64,000 nucleotides of DNA, taken from Macrostomum hystrix (Eukaryota > Animalia > Platyhelminthes). Every line of letters begins with the position of its first letter. Within the stretch, counting starts at the first letter, position 1. Of the stretch, positions 1 to 11,544 are shown in pieces. The notes under the pieces are model-generated. The model was not told the origin of the DNA, did no database searches, and worked only from the letters and a program-made list of their open reading frames with translations. The translations under genes and the position numbers were made by a program. The stretch covers positions 26,474,001-26,538,000 of the forward strand of contig CATNEN010000001.1 in the NCBI GenBank assembly GCA_950097015.1. The letters are read 5' to 3'.

Positions 1-192
1 TTGTTTTCCGAGGACAGCCACCCCAACTCCCCTCCGCCACTCTGCGGGCCAAATTTTATTACAGCCACCCCCTCCCTTCCCCGGGCGCCGAAGCCCCAGA
101 CTGTACATTGTATTTCAAGCCGTGAATGTACACAGCCCAAACCCCTAGACTGTCTACTGGCCCCCAAGCAGCACTGAGACTGAGTGCGGTGA

Positions 193-888
193 GTGCGGTG
201 GCGTCCCAGTGCGCAGGGCTCTCCGGTCGATATTTCTCTCCAGCCAGCCTATTTCTCTCGATATGCTGACGTTGACTGGCTGTCAGAGAGGGCAATTCTG
301 TGTCCTAGAAATGATGCCACCAACGAAATTAACTACCAACTGCTTCAGGAGTTGCCAGGTGCAGTTTTCACCTACAAGTCAATTGATACAACGTTGACTG
401 ATGACACCGCTGTGGAGTATCCTGTTGAGTTTCTGAACTCTCTAGATCCTCCTGGAACTCCATCGCACAACTTGCAGCTGAAAGTTGGGGCACCAATTAT
501 GCTCCTCCGCAACCTGAATGCGCCAAGGCTGTGTAACGGCACCAGACTGATAGTCAGGCGGCTCTTCCCACACGTGATTGAGGCCACGATAATGACTGGA
601 TCTGGCAGAGGAGAGTCTGTGTTCGTTCCCCGGATTCCAATTATCCCCACGGACCTGCCATTTCAGTTCAAGCGACTGCAGTTCCCTGTGAGAGTGTGCT
701 TTGCGATGACTATTAACAAGGCTCAGGGACAGTCGCTGAAGGTGGCTGGCATCAACCTGGAGACTCCTTGCTTCTCGCATGGGCAGCTTTATGTCGCCTG
801 CTCCCGTGTTGGAACTCCAGCTGGCCTATTCATTTTCGCACCAAGGGGAAGAACGAAGAATGTGGTGTATCCCCAGGACTTGAGGTGA
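193..888 (+). pseudogene. PIF1-type helicase C-terminal fragment of Helitron RepHel
   Basis: Motifs RAILCPRN, LKVGAPIMLLRNL..LCNGTRL, RLQFPVRVCFAMTINKAQGQSL and FSHGQLYVACSRV are present. There is no Rep domain or Walker A; homology starts at about 260. Confidence 0.9.
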
Positions 889-1040
889 CTCGCAAGCAAT
901 TAATAGAAAAGTAGTCACGAATTGACCTTGACCTGTCTAACTCTGAACTCTGAAACAGTTTAATTTTGTTTCTTTGACATTGTTATTGTTATGCCATGGC
1001 TATTTTCCTTATGTATACGCGTGTACATGCATACTGTATA

Positions 1041-1314
1041 CAGAGGCAGATTTAGGGGGGGGGCGGGGGGGCAGTCGCCCCCCTAAATTTTAATCATGGG
1101 AATAAGATGCCCCCACCAGGGGCGCCAGTCGCAGCACTGGCGCTCCTTTTCGGCCGCTGGCGCCCCTTTTTCAGCCGCTGGCTCCCGTTTTTCAGCCACT
1201 GGCGCCCTTTCTTGGCTCCTGGCGCCCTTTTTCGGCCGCTGGCACCCCCTCTGTGATTCTCATGGCGCTCCCCTGACAGACCGCCCCAAAACAAAATTCC
1301 TGGATCTGCCACTG
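1041..1314. mobile_element. hAT-type MITE nested in Helitron A
   Basis: Imperfect 16-bp TIRs (CAGAGGCAGATTTAGG / CAGTGGCAGATCCAGG), exact 8-bp TSD ACTGTATA (1033-1040, 1315-1322), and internal ~20-bp GC-rich repeats. Confidence 0.85.
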
Positions 1315-3401
1315 ACTGTATAGAGGAGTGGCTAAGAGACATGTTTCTAAAGAAGTAATCAAGAGGGGGCTGTTTGGACAAACTTTTCACTTATTTTTTA
1401 CTTAAAACGCCCTTAAACAAACTCTTCACTTTTCATTAATGCAGTAAATAAATAAATGGTGACCTTCACTATAAAGTTAATACAGAGACGTGAATTGCTT
1501 ACTGCTTTGCTTTAAATTTCTGCCCCAAAAACAACGGGCAAAAAAAGCTAGTACTATATACAAACAACTTTGATATTTATAATTGAAACATAATGTTATG
1601 TAGGCCCTAGATTACAAATTAGAATAATCAGTTTTGTTGTTATCTAAATGTTTTTGCATGCCACACCAAAGTGCAGTGGCATGCAATTAAAAAATCTGAC
1701 TAGACCTAACATTTGTTTGCAAATCCAATTAAAAAGTTTCACACGATAAATTTCTGGTATGTACCCCAACATGATCTAGACAATGCCAATAATGGCTTTC
1801 ATTCATGGAATTAGAAACATGTTTACTGCTTTAAAATTATTGATTTTACTTCTGAATCTAAAAAATTACAATAATGTCACATCAACTTGAATCAATCACA
1901 CTACAAAAAAAACAGTCTAAAAATGTTGTGGACAGCAGAATTAGCACATATCAATAATTATCAAATACAAACTTTTTTGAATTAAAAAGAATTGAAAAAA
2001 AATAATAATTAGTTTTTAAAAGCTAAGTATGAAACTAGGACTACTGATGAGGATGACAGAAATGCTAGCTAAAAACTTAATGCAAAATAATATATTATGC
2101 CTGATATCAACATTTTAACAACAAAGTAACTTGAAAAAAAGATTTTAGGCAGTTGTTATTTGTAAGATGGCCGCAAGTTCCCCGTATAAATAACCCTTTA
2201 GCTATTTGTACGGTCACCGGATGAAGTCGTTTTGCCATTTGTACAGTCACGATCGGGTCACCGACAGTTAGAAAAACAACTGCCATAAGTTTAAGGAAAA
2301 GTCTAGCCAAAACGAACAGTAGTAAGGGCCAAGGTATTGTCTAGCTCGGCTTGACGATTAGGATTGATAGACATGTGGGAAGGCTATCTGTTATACATCA
2401 TGTCATCAGAATGCAAATTCGCGAACGACACTCGCTTCTTGTGGTCAAGTTGTGGTCCTCACAATTTCACGAATCAAAAAATTATGCAGTTAAAATTTGC
2501 AATAAAAATAATGATAAAGAGGGAAACTATGTGAATAAAGTAAAACTTAATATTCATAAATTTAGATTCGCCGTATATTTTGATTGAACTGAAGAAGCAT
2601 ATTCTTAAAGAAAGTATGTTTTGTTTTAACACTATAGCTGTTAAAAAAAGATTAAAACGAGTAATATTTACTAATACAACTATACTAAAACACAAGTTAT
2701 TGCACGAAAGCAGTTTTTTAATATTATCAATAGTATAATACCTGTTTTAAATTTATAAATATTAATATTTGACGTAAGATTAAGCTTTAGACTCAGTCAT
2801 AAACTAGAAATTTTATTATTTTCTTATAGTATAGCGGACTTAAGCACCGCTAGGAGGTCCTTGTGGACTCTAAACGAGGAAGTTGGGAAGTTGGGGCGCC
2901 CGCGCCGCAGCTTTTTTTGCCGCGCCAGCCGGGCTTGTCCAAATAAGCTATTGCAGCTCGCAGCTGGCAAGCCACATCATCGACTCTAGCTGCTCGTATG
3001 GCTCCTGCGCAGGAGCCATGCGATCTGCACACGCTGCAGGCCCTCACTGAACTCTAGACTAGCGCGCCTGCTAACTAAACGCTGGCGCCCTGGACTCTGC
3101 CGGGATCTTGAGAAATTATTTTATAGTTATTTTACGGTTATAATTATTTTAACTGTATATTTTACTAGCTTTTTTTGCCCGTTGTTTTTGGGGCAGAAAT
3201 TTAAAGCAAAGCAGTAAGCAATTCACGTCTCTGTATTAACTTTATAGTGAAGGTCACCATTTATTTATTTACTGCATTAATGAAAAGTGAAGAGTTTGTT
3301 TAAGGGCGTTTTAAGTAAAAAATAAGTGAAAAGTTTGTCCAAACAGCCCCCTCTTGATTACTTCTTTAGAAACATGTCTCTTAGCCACTCCTCTATACAG
3401 T

Positions 3402-3674
3402 CAGTGGCAGATCCAGGAATTTTGTTTTGGGGCGGTCTGTCAGGGGAGCGCCATGAGAATCACAGAGGGGGTGCCAGCGGCCGAAAAAGGGCGCCAGGAG
3501 CCAAGAAAGGGCGCCAGTGGCTGAAAAACGGGAGCCAGCGGCTGAAAAAGGGGCGCCAGCGGCCGAAAAGGAGCGCCAGTGCTGCGACTGGCGCCCCTGG
3601 TGGGGGCATCTTATTCCCATGATTAAAATTTAGGGGGGCGACTGCCCCCCCGCCCCCCCCTAAATCTGCCTCTG
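3402..3674. mobile_element. hAT-type MITE copy inside Helitron A copy 2
   Basis: Same TIRs, with TATACAGT TSD on both sides. Confidence 0.85.
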
Positions 3675-3826
3675 TATACAGTATGCATGTACACGCGTAT
3701 ACATAAGGAAAATAGCCATGGCATGACAATAACAATGTCAAAGAAACAAAATTAAACTGTTTCAGAGTTCAGAGTTAGACAGGTCAAGGTCAATTCGTGA
3801 CTACTTTTCTATTAATTGCTTGCGAG

Positions 3827-4522
3827 TCACCTCAAGTCCTGGGGATACACCACATTCTTCGTTCTTCCCCTTGGTGCGAAAATGAATAGGCCAGCTGGAG
3901 TTCCAACACGGGAGCAGGCGACATAAAGCTGCCCATGCGAGAAGCAAGGAGTCTCCAGGTTGATGCCAGCCACCTTCAGCGACTGTCCCTGAGCCTTGTT
4001 AATAGTCATCGCAAAGCACACTCTCACAGGGAACTGCAGTCGCTTGAACTGAAATGGCAGGTCCGTGGGGATAATTGGAATCCGGGGAACGAACACAGAC
4101 TCTCCTCTGCCAGATCCAGTCATTATCGTGGCCTCAATCACGTGTGGGAAGAGCCGCCTGACTATCAGTCTGGTGCCGTTACACAGCTTTGGCGCATTCA
4201 GGTTGCGGAGGAGCATAATTGGTGCCCCAACTTTCAGCTGCAAGTTGTGCGATGGAGTTCCAGGAGGATCTAGAGAGTTCAGAAACTCAACAGGATACTC
4301 CACAGCGGTGTCATCAGTCAACGTTGTATCAATTGACTTGTAGGTGAAAACTGCACCTGGCAACTCCTGAAGCAGTTGGTAGTTAATTTCGTTGGCGGCA
4401 TCATTTCTAGGACACAGAATTGCCCTCTCTGACAGCCAGTCAACGTCAGCATATCGAGAGAAATAGGCTGGCTGGAGAGAAATATCGACCGGAGAGCCCT
4501 GCGCACTGGGACGCCACCGCAC
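3827..4522 (-). pseudogene. PIF1-type helicase fragment (Helitron A copy 2)
   Basis: Differs from the 193-888 translation at 2 amino acids. Confidence 0.9.
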
Positions 4523-5323
4523 TCACCGCACTCAGTCTCAGTGCTGCTTGGGGGCCAGTAGACAGTCTAGGGGTTTGGGCTGTGTACATTCACGGCTTGA
4601 AATACAATGTACAGTCTGGGGCTTCGGCGCCCGGGGAAGGGAGGGGGTGGCTGTAATAAAATTTGGCCCGCAGAGTGGCGGAGGGGAGTTGGGGTGGCTG
4701 TCCTCGGAAAACAAAAAGTGACTCACTTTGAGATGATGCAGCTTTGCTCTGGATTGAGTAGAGATGTTCAAAATTGACAGCATTGTTGGAAAACATGTAA
4801 AGTGTAAGTGGATCAAATTTGGAGAAAATCTGACAAAGTGGGGCGACGATATGTCGAATTGAGTGATTTTTTGACGATTTTTGAGCAGTTTTTTGCACTT
4901 TTGAGCAGGAAGGAAATGATTTTTCGGGAATTTGAGTAGCCTATTGCACTCAGCGTAGGTGGTTTTAGGTATGTGCAAAGTTTGGTGCGATTTGGTTGAG
5001 CGGTTTCGGCGTCTATAAAGACAAAAGGTTGCACACACACACACACACACACAGACAGACAGAGTTTTCACTTTTATATATATAGACTAGCTTTTTTTGC
5101 CCGTTGTTTTTGGGGGAGAAATTTAAAGCAAAGCAGTAAGCAATTCACGTCTTTGTATTAACTTTATAGTGAAGGTCACCATTTATTTATTTACTGCATT
5201 AATGAAAAGTGAAGAGTTTGTTTAAGGGCGTTTTAAGTAAAAAATAAGTGAAAAGTTTGTCCAAACAACCCCCTCTTGATTACTTCTTTAGAAACATGTC
5301 TCTTAGCCACTCCTCTATACAGT

Positions 5324-5596
5324 CAGTGGCAGATCCAGGAATTTTGTTTTGGGGCGGTCTGTCAGGGGAGCGCCATGAGAATCACAGAGGGGGTGCCAGC
5401 GGCCGAAAAAGGGCGCCAGGAGCCAAGAAAGGGCGCCAGCGGCTGAAAAACGGGAGCCAGCGGCTGAAAAAGGGGCGCCAGCGGCCGAAAAGGGGCGCCA
5501 GTGCTGCGACTGGCGCCCCTGGTGGGGGCATCTTATTCCCATGATTAAAATTTAGGGGGGCGACTGCCCCCCCGCCCCCCCCTAAATCTGCCTCTG
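5324..5596. mobile_element. hAT-type MITE copy inside Helitron A copy 3
   Basis: Same TIRs and TSD as the other two copies. Confidence 0.85.
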
Positions 5597-5748
5597 TATA
5601 CAGTATGCATGTACACGCGTATACATAAGGAAAATAGCCATGGCATAACAATAACAATGTCAAAGAAACAAAATTAAACTGTTTCAGAGTTCAGAGTTAG
5701 ACAGGTCAAGGTCAATTCGTGACTACTTTTCTATTAATTGCTTGCGAG

Positions 5749-6720
5749 TCACCTCAAGGCCTGGGGATACACCACATTCTTCGTTCTTCCCCTTGGTGCG
5801 AAAATGAATAGGCCAGCTGGAGTTCCAACACGGGAGCAGGCGACATAAAGCTGCCCATGCGAGAAGCAAGGAGTCTCCAGGTTGATGCCAGCCACCTTCA
5901 GCGACTGTCCCTGAGCCTTGTTAATAGTCATCGCAAAGCACACTCTCACAGGGAACTGCAGTCGCTTGAACTGAAATGGCAGGTCCGTGGGGATAATTGG
6001 AATCCGGGGAACGAACACAGACTCTCCTCTGCCAGATCCAGTCATTATCGTGGCCTCAATCACGTGTGGGAAGAGCCGCCTGACTATCAGTCTGGTGCCG
6101 TTACACAGCTTTGGCGCATTCAGGTTGCGGAGGAGCATAATTGGTGCCCCAACTTTCAGCTGCAAGTTGTGCGATGGAGTTCCAGGAGGATCTAGAGAGT
6201 TCAGAAACTCAACAGGATACTCCACAGCGGTGTCATCAGTCAACGTTGTATCAATTGACTTGTAGGTGAAAACTGCACCTGGCAACTCCTGAAGCAGTTG
6301 GTAGTTAATTTCGTTGGCGGCATCATTTCTAGGACACAGAATTGCCCTCTCTGACAGCCAGTCAACGTCAGCATATCGAACCATCAGGTTCGGGTAAACT
6401 TTTGCCTTGAGCTCCTGCACTGACTGCACAATGGTTCCGATTGTAGCGATCGATGACTGCCCATCCTCGGTGCTAATCTCCAGCAGACCATTGCCGATTC
6501 GCAATAGATTGGCAGAGAACTCATGAGTTGTTTCGTCTCCTTGAATTGTAGCTCTCATGTTTGTTCGTAGGTGCAACTTCACAACCGATGGCCACAGGTG
6601 AGATGATTATAGGCAAGCATTAATCTCATCAGCAGGAGTGCCACGCGGAATCACAGGCAGCGTCTGTCTAAAGTCTCCAGACAGCAGCAGAGTGACACCA
6701 CCCATCAGTTGATCGCCAGC
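5749..6720 (-). pseudogene. Longer PIF1-type helicase fragment with an in-frame stop
   Basis: Reads GGVTLLLSGDFRQTLPVIPRG...INACL*SSHLW..KLHLRTNMR and then the C-terminal helicase motifs. Confidence 0.9.
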
Positions 6721-7307
6721 CTCTCTCTTTCTTCTATCCCAGGCTGGCTGGAGAGAAATATCGACCGGAGAGCCCTGCACACTGGGACGCCACCGCACTC
6801 ACCACACTCAGTCTCAGTGCTGCTTGGGGGCCAGTAGACAGTCTAGGGGTTTGGGCTGTGTACATTCACGGCTTGAAATACAATGTACAGTCTGGGGCTT
6901 CGGCGCCCGGGGAAGGGAGGGGGTGGCTGTAATAAAATTTGGCCCGCAGAGTGGCGGAGGGGAGTTGGGGTGGCTGTCCTCGGAAAACAAAAAGTGACTC
7001 ACTTTGAGATGATGCAGCTTTGCTCTGGATTGAGTAGAGATGTTCAAAATTGACAGCATTGTTGGAAAACATGTAAAGTGTAAGTGGATCAAATTTGGAG
7101 AAAATCTGACAAAGTGGGGCGACGATATGTCGAATTGAGTGATTTTTTGACGATTTTTGAGCAGTTTTTTTGCACTTTTGAGCAGGAAGGAAATGATTTT
7201 TCTGGAATTTGAGTAGCCTATTGCACTCAGCGTAGGTGGTTTTAGGTATGTGCAAAGTTTGGTGCGATTTGGTTGAGCGGTTTCGGCGTCTATAAAGACA
7301 AAAGGTT

Positions 7308-7344
<37 letters not shown>

Positions 7345-7477
7345 GACAGACAGAGTTTTCACTTTTATATATATAGATAGTTACTAGCAAGTTTTGCCCC
7401 CCTTCGGGGAGCAGAAATACTTTTAATTCGTCTAGTATATACTTTTTAGCAGCTGAATTTACAGCTTTTTAAAGCTA

Positions 7478-9255
7478 CAATGAACCCCCAGTTGACAATG
7501 ATCCCCCAGTTGACAATGATCCCCCAGTTGACAATGAACCCCCAGTTGACAATGAACCCCCAGTTGACAACGATCCCACAGTTGACAATGATCCCCCATT
7601 TGACAATGATCCCCCAGTTGACAATGATCCCACAGTTGACAATGATCCCCCAGTTGACAAAGATCCCCCAGTTCACAATGATCACCCAGTTGATGATGAT
7701 CCCCCAGTTGATGATGATCCCCCAGTTGAAAATGATCCCCCAGTTGACAATGATCCCCCAGTTGACAATGATCCCCCAGTTGACAATGATCCCCCAGTTA
7801 ACAAAGATCCCCCCAGTTCACAATGATCCCCCAGTTGATGAAGTCTCCCCATTGATGATGATCCCCAGTTAACAATGTTCCTCCATTTGACAATGATCCC
7901 CCAGTTGACAATGATCCCACAGTTGACAATGATCCCCCAGTTGACAAAGATCCCCCAGTTCACAATGATCACCCAGTTGATGATGATCCCCCAGTTGATG
8001 ATGATCCCCCAGTTGAAAATGATCCCCCAGTTGACAATGATCCCCCAGTTGACAATGATCCCCCAGTTGACAATGATCCCCCAGTTAACAAAGATCCCCC
8101 AGTTCACAATGATCCCCCAGTTGATGAAGTCTCCCCATTGATGATGATCCCCAGTTAACAATGTTCCTCCATTTGACAATGTTCCCCCAGTTGACAATGA
8201 TCCCCCAGTTGATGATGATCACCCAGTTGACAATGATCCCCCAGTTGATGATGATCCCCCAGTTGACAATGAACCCCCAGTTGACAATGAACCCCCAGTT
8301 GACAATGAACCCCCAGTTGACAACGATCCCACAGTTGACAATGATCCCCCATTTGACAATGATCCCCCAGTTGACAATGATCGCACAGTTGACAATGATC
8401 CCCCAGTTGACAAAGATCCCCCAGTTCACAATGATCCCCCAGTTGATGATGATCCCCCAGTTGAAAATGATCCCCCAGTTGACAATGATCCCCCAGTTGA
8501 CAATGATCCCCCAGTTGACAATGATCCCCCAGTTGACAATGATCCCCCAGTTAACAAAGATCCCCCAGTTCACAATGATCCCCCAGTTGATGAAGTCTCC
8601 CCATTGATGATGATCCCCAGTTAACAATGTTCCTCCATTTGACAATGTTCCCCCAGTTGACAATGATCCCCCAGTTGATGATGATCACCCAGTTGACAAT
8701 GATCCCCCAGTTGACAATGATCCCCCAGTTGACAATGAACCCCCAGTTGACAACGATCCCCCAGTTGACAATGATCCCCCAGTTGACAATGATCCCCCAG
8801 TTGACAATGATCCCACAGTATACAATGATCCCCCAGTTGACAAAGATCCCCCAGTTCACAATGATCCCCCAGTTGACAAAGATCCCCCAGTTCTCAATGA
8901 TCCCCCAGTTGATGATGATCCCCAGTTGATGATGATTCCCCAGTTGACAATTAGTCCCCAGTTGACCATTACCCCCCACTTGACAATGATCTCTCAGTTC
9001 ACAATGATCCCCCAGTTGACAATGATCCCCCAGTTGACAATGAACCCCCAGTTGACAATGAACCCCCAGTTGACAAAGATCCCCCAGTTGACAATGATCC
9101 CCCATTTGACAATGATCCCCCAGTTGACAATGATCCCCCAGTTGACAATGATCCCCCAGTTGACATTGATCCCCCAGTCGACAATTATCCCCCAGTTTAT
9201 TATGATCCCCCAGTTCACCATGATCCCCATTTTGATGATGACTCCCCAGTTGACG
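7478..9255. repeat. 18-bp tandem array (CCCAGTTGACAATGATCC)n, about 98 units
   Basis: Directly visible. A variant block recurs at 7841, 8127 and 8593, indicating higher-order duplication. Confidence 0.97.
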
Positions 9256-9269
9256 TTGATTTTTCAAAC

Positions 9270-10940
9270 GCTGGGTTAGCCAAGATTCAAACTCAGGTTT
9301 CGCCATGTTTTAAACCCTGGTGGGCTCTGATTCAAACTCTCGTTTTGCCATGATTCAGACTCTGGTTTAGCCAAGATTCAAACTCTGGTTGGCTATGATT
9401 CAGACGCTGGTTTAGCCATGATTCAGACGCTGGTTTAGCCATGATTCAGACGCTGGTTTAGCCATGATTCAGACTCTGGTTTAGCCATGATTGAAACTCT
9501 GGTTTAGCCATGATTCAAACTCTGGTTTAGCCATGATTCAGACGCTGGTTTAGCCATGATTCAGACGCTGGTTTAGCCATGATTGAAACTCTGGTTTTGC
9601 CATGATTCAGACGCTGGTTTAGCCATGATTCAGACTCTAGTTTAGCCATGATTCAGACTCTGGTTTAGCCATGATTCAGACTCTGGTTTAGCCATGATTC
9701 AGACTCTGGTTAAGCCATGATTCAGACTCTGGTTTAGCCATGATTTAAATTCTGGTTAAGCCATGATTCAGACTCTGGTTTAGCCATGATTCAAACTCTG
9801 GTTAAGCCATGATTCAGACTCTGGTTTAGCCATGATTCAAACTCTGGTTAAGCCATGATTGAAACTCTGGTTTAGCCATGATTCAAACTCTGGTTTAGCC
9901 ATGATTCAAACTCTGGTGTAGCCGTGATTCAGACGCTGGTTTAGCCATGATTCAGACTCTGGTTTAGCCATGATTCAGACTCTGGTTTAGCCATGATTCA
10001 GACTCTGGTTAAGCCATGATTCAGACTCTGGTTAAGCCATGATTCAGACTCTGGTTTAGCCATGATTCAAACTCTGGTTAAGCCATGATTCAGACTCTGG
10101 TTTAGCCATGATTTAAATTCTGGTTAAGCCATGATTCAGACTCTGGTTTAGCCATGATTCAAACTCTGGTTAAGCCATGATTCAAACTCTGGTTTAGCCA
10201 TGATTCAAACTCTGGTTAAGCCATGATTCAAACTCTGGTTTAGCCATGATTCAAACTCTGGTTTAGCCATGATTCAGACGCTGGTTTAGCCATGATTCAG
10301 ACTCTGGTTTAGCCATGATTCAGACTCTGGTTTAGCCATGATTCAAACTCTGGTTAAGCCATGATTCAGACGCTGGTTTAGCCATGATTCAGACTCTGGT
10401 TTAGCCATGATTCAGACGCTGGTTTAGCCATGATTCAGACTCTGGTTTAGCCATGATTCAGACTCTGGTTTAGCCATGATTCAAACTCTGGTTAAGCCAT
10501 GATTCAGACTCTGGTTTAGCCATGATTTAAATTCTGGTTAAGCCATGATTCAGACTCTGGTTTAGCCATGATTCAAACTCTGGTTAAGCCATGATTCAAA
10601 CTCTGGTTTAGCCATGATTCAAACTCTGGTTTAGCCATGATTCAGACGCTGGTTTAGCCATGATTCAAACTCTGGTTTAGCCATGATTCAGACTCTGGTT
10701 TAGCCATGATTCAAACTCTGGTTAAGCCATGATTCAGACTCTGGTTTAGCCATGATTCAGACTCTGGTTTAGCCATGATTCAGACGCTGGTTTAGCCATG
10801 ATTCAGACTCTGGTTTAGCCATGATTCAGACTCCAGTTTAGCCATGATTCAAGCTCTGGTTTAGCCATGATTCAGACGCTGGTTTAGCCATGATTCAAGC
10901 TCTATTTTTGCCATGATTGAAATTCAGGTTTGCTATGATT
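9270..10940. repeat. 23-bp tandem array (TGGTTTAGCCATGATTCAGACTC)n, about 72 units
   Basis: Directly visible; homogeneous centre with degenerate edges and no spacers. Confidence 0.97.
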
Positions 10941-11544
10941 TATGATATTTTATTTACGAAATGAAAAAATAAATTAAAATAATCTTCAATCACTACTGGC
11001 TGAAAATTAGTCTAAATGATTTGACGCAGTGCAGAATCGAACCCTAGCCTAGCCTAACCTATTCCTAGTGCCTACACATCGGCTATTCCGACTGTTGGTT
11101 AGTGGGTGCAAAAATCTGCCTTATAAAATGAATTCTCAAAGTTCTGGCTTTGTACAATGAAGTAAGAAAATAGAGTACACTCAGTCTCGCGGTTGGTTGT
11201 GTACATTTATTTCCAATTTGTCTCCAGAGTGCAGGCTTTAAATTCAATCAGCTAGGGGTTGTTGCGCAATTTGACGACGCAATTCTAATTCAGTGGCTGT
11301 CAGTGAAATTCTCAATAGGCCAAGATGGTTTGACCTTTGAAAAAATCATGTTTTTCGAATATTTAATCCCTTTAGCAATAAAGTTAAGCTTAATAAAAAT
11401 ACGTGTATAATTGTCCCCATATTTAGCATCTTTTGGTGAAGAAATGGTGAAAATCGGTTGAGCCGTTCGGAAGAAAATCAATTACAAGCAAGCAAGCAAG
11501 CAAGCAAGCATTTCATTTTTAGTATAGTGGATAAAAATGACACT

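Larger units (their letters stand above)
1..1551 (+). mobile_element. Non-autonomous Helitron family A, copy 1 (5' end outside window)
   Basis: The 3' end has a GCCC-n10-GGGC hairpin followed by CTAG|T at 1548-1552. It carries a PIF1 helicase C-terminal fragment and is the near-exact reverse complement of 3165-4715. Confidence 0.9.
3165..5086 (-). mobile_element. Helitron family A, copy 2 (short variant, 1922 bp)
   Basis: On the minus strand the 5' end is TCTATATATATAAAAG followed by (TCTG)n(TG)n; the 3' end is a hairpin plus CTAG|T at 3165. Confidence 0.92.
5087..7377 (-). mobile_element. Helitron family A, copy 3 (long variant, 2291 bp)
   Basis: 5' A|TC at 7378/7377; its 3' CTAG (5087-5090) directly abuts the 5' TC of copy 2. 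It holds about 360 bp more helicase sequence than copies 1 and 2. Confidence 0.92.
7384..11531 (-). mobile_element. Non-autonomous Helitron family B carrying two satellite arrays
   Basis: 3' CTAG|T at 7384 next to the hairpin TGCCCCCCTTCGGGGAGCA; 5' A|TCCACTATACT at 11531 with (GCTT)n. The 5' region is similar to 20277-20430 and 20431-20699. Confidence 0.75.

Noticed and set aside
2830-3112. GC-rich island with a TGGCGCCC PBS-like motif
   Set aside because: No LTR termini, TSD or second copy could be identified.
1-4715. One large TIR or foldback transposon
   Set aside because: Each arm ends internally at its own Helitron hairpin-CTAG|T, so two insertions explain the structure.
1094-5544. 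Repeated 98-aa basic ORF (MKSLSKQPP...)
   Set aside because: It is a translation of MITE internal repeats with a non-ATG start.
193-6720. Cellular PIF1 genes
   Set aside because: These are fragments without Walker A, bounded by Helitron termini; the N-termini in the ORF track are non-homologous read-through.
7478-10940. CRISPR array, or repetitive proteins (MIPQLT / NWGIIV / LSTGGS ORFs)
   Set aside because: The units are contiguous with no unique spacers and there are no cas genes. The ORFs arise because an 18-bp unit is open in several frames on both strands.
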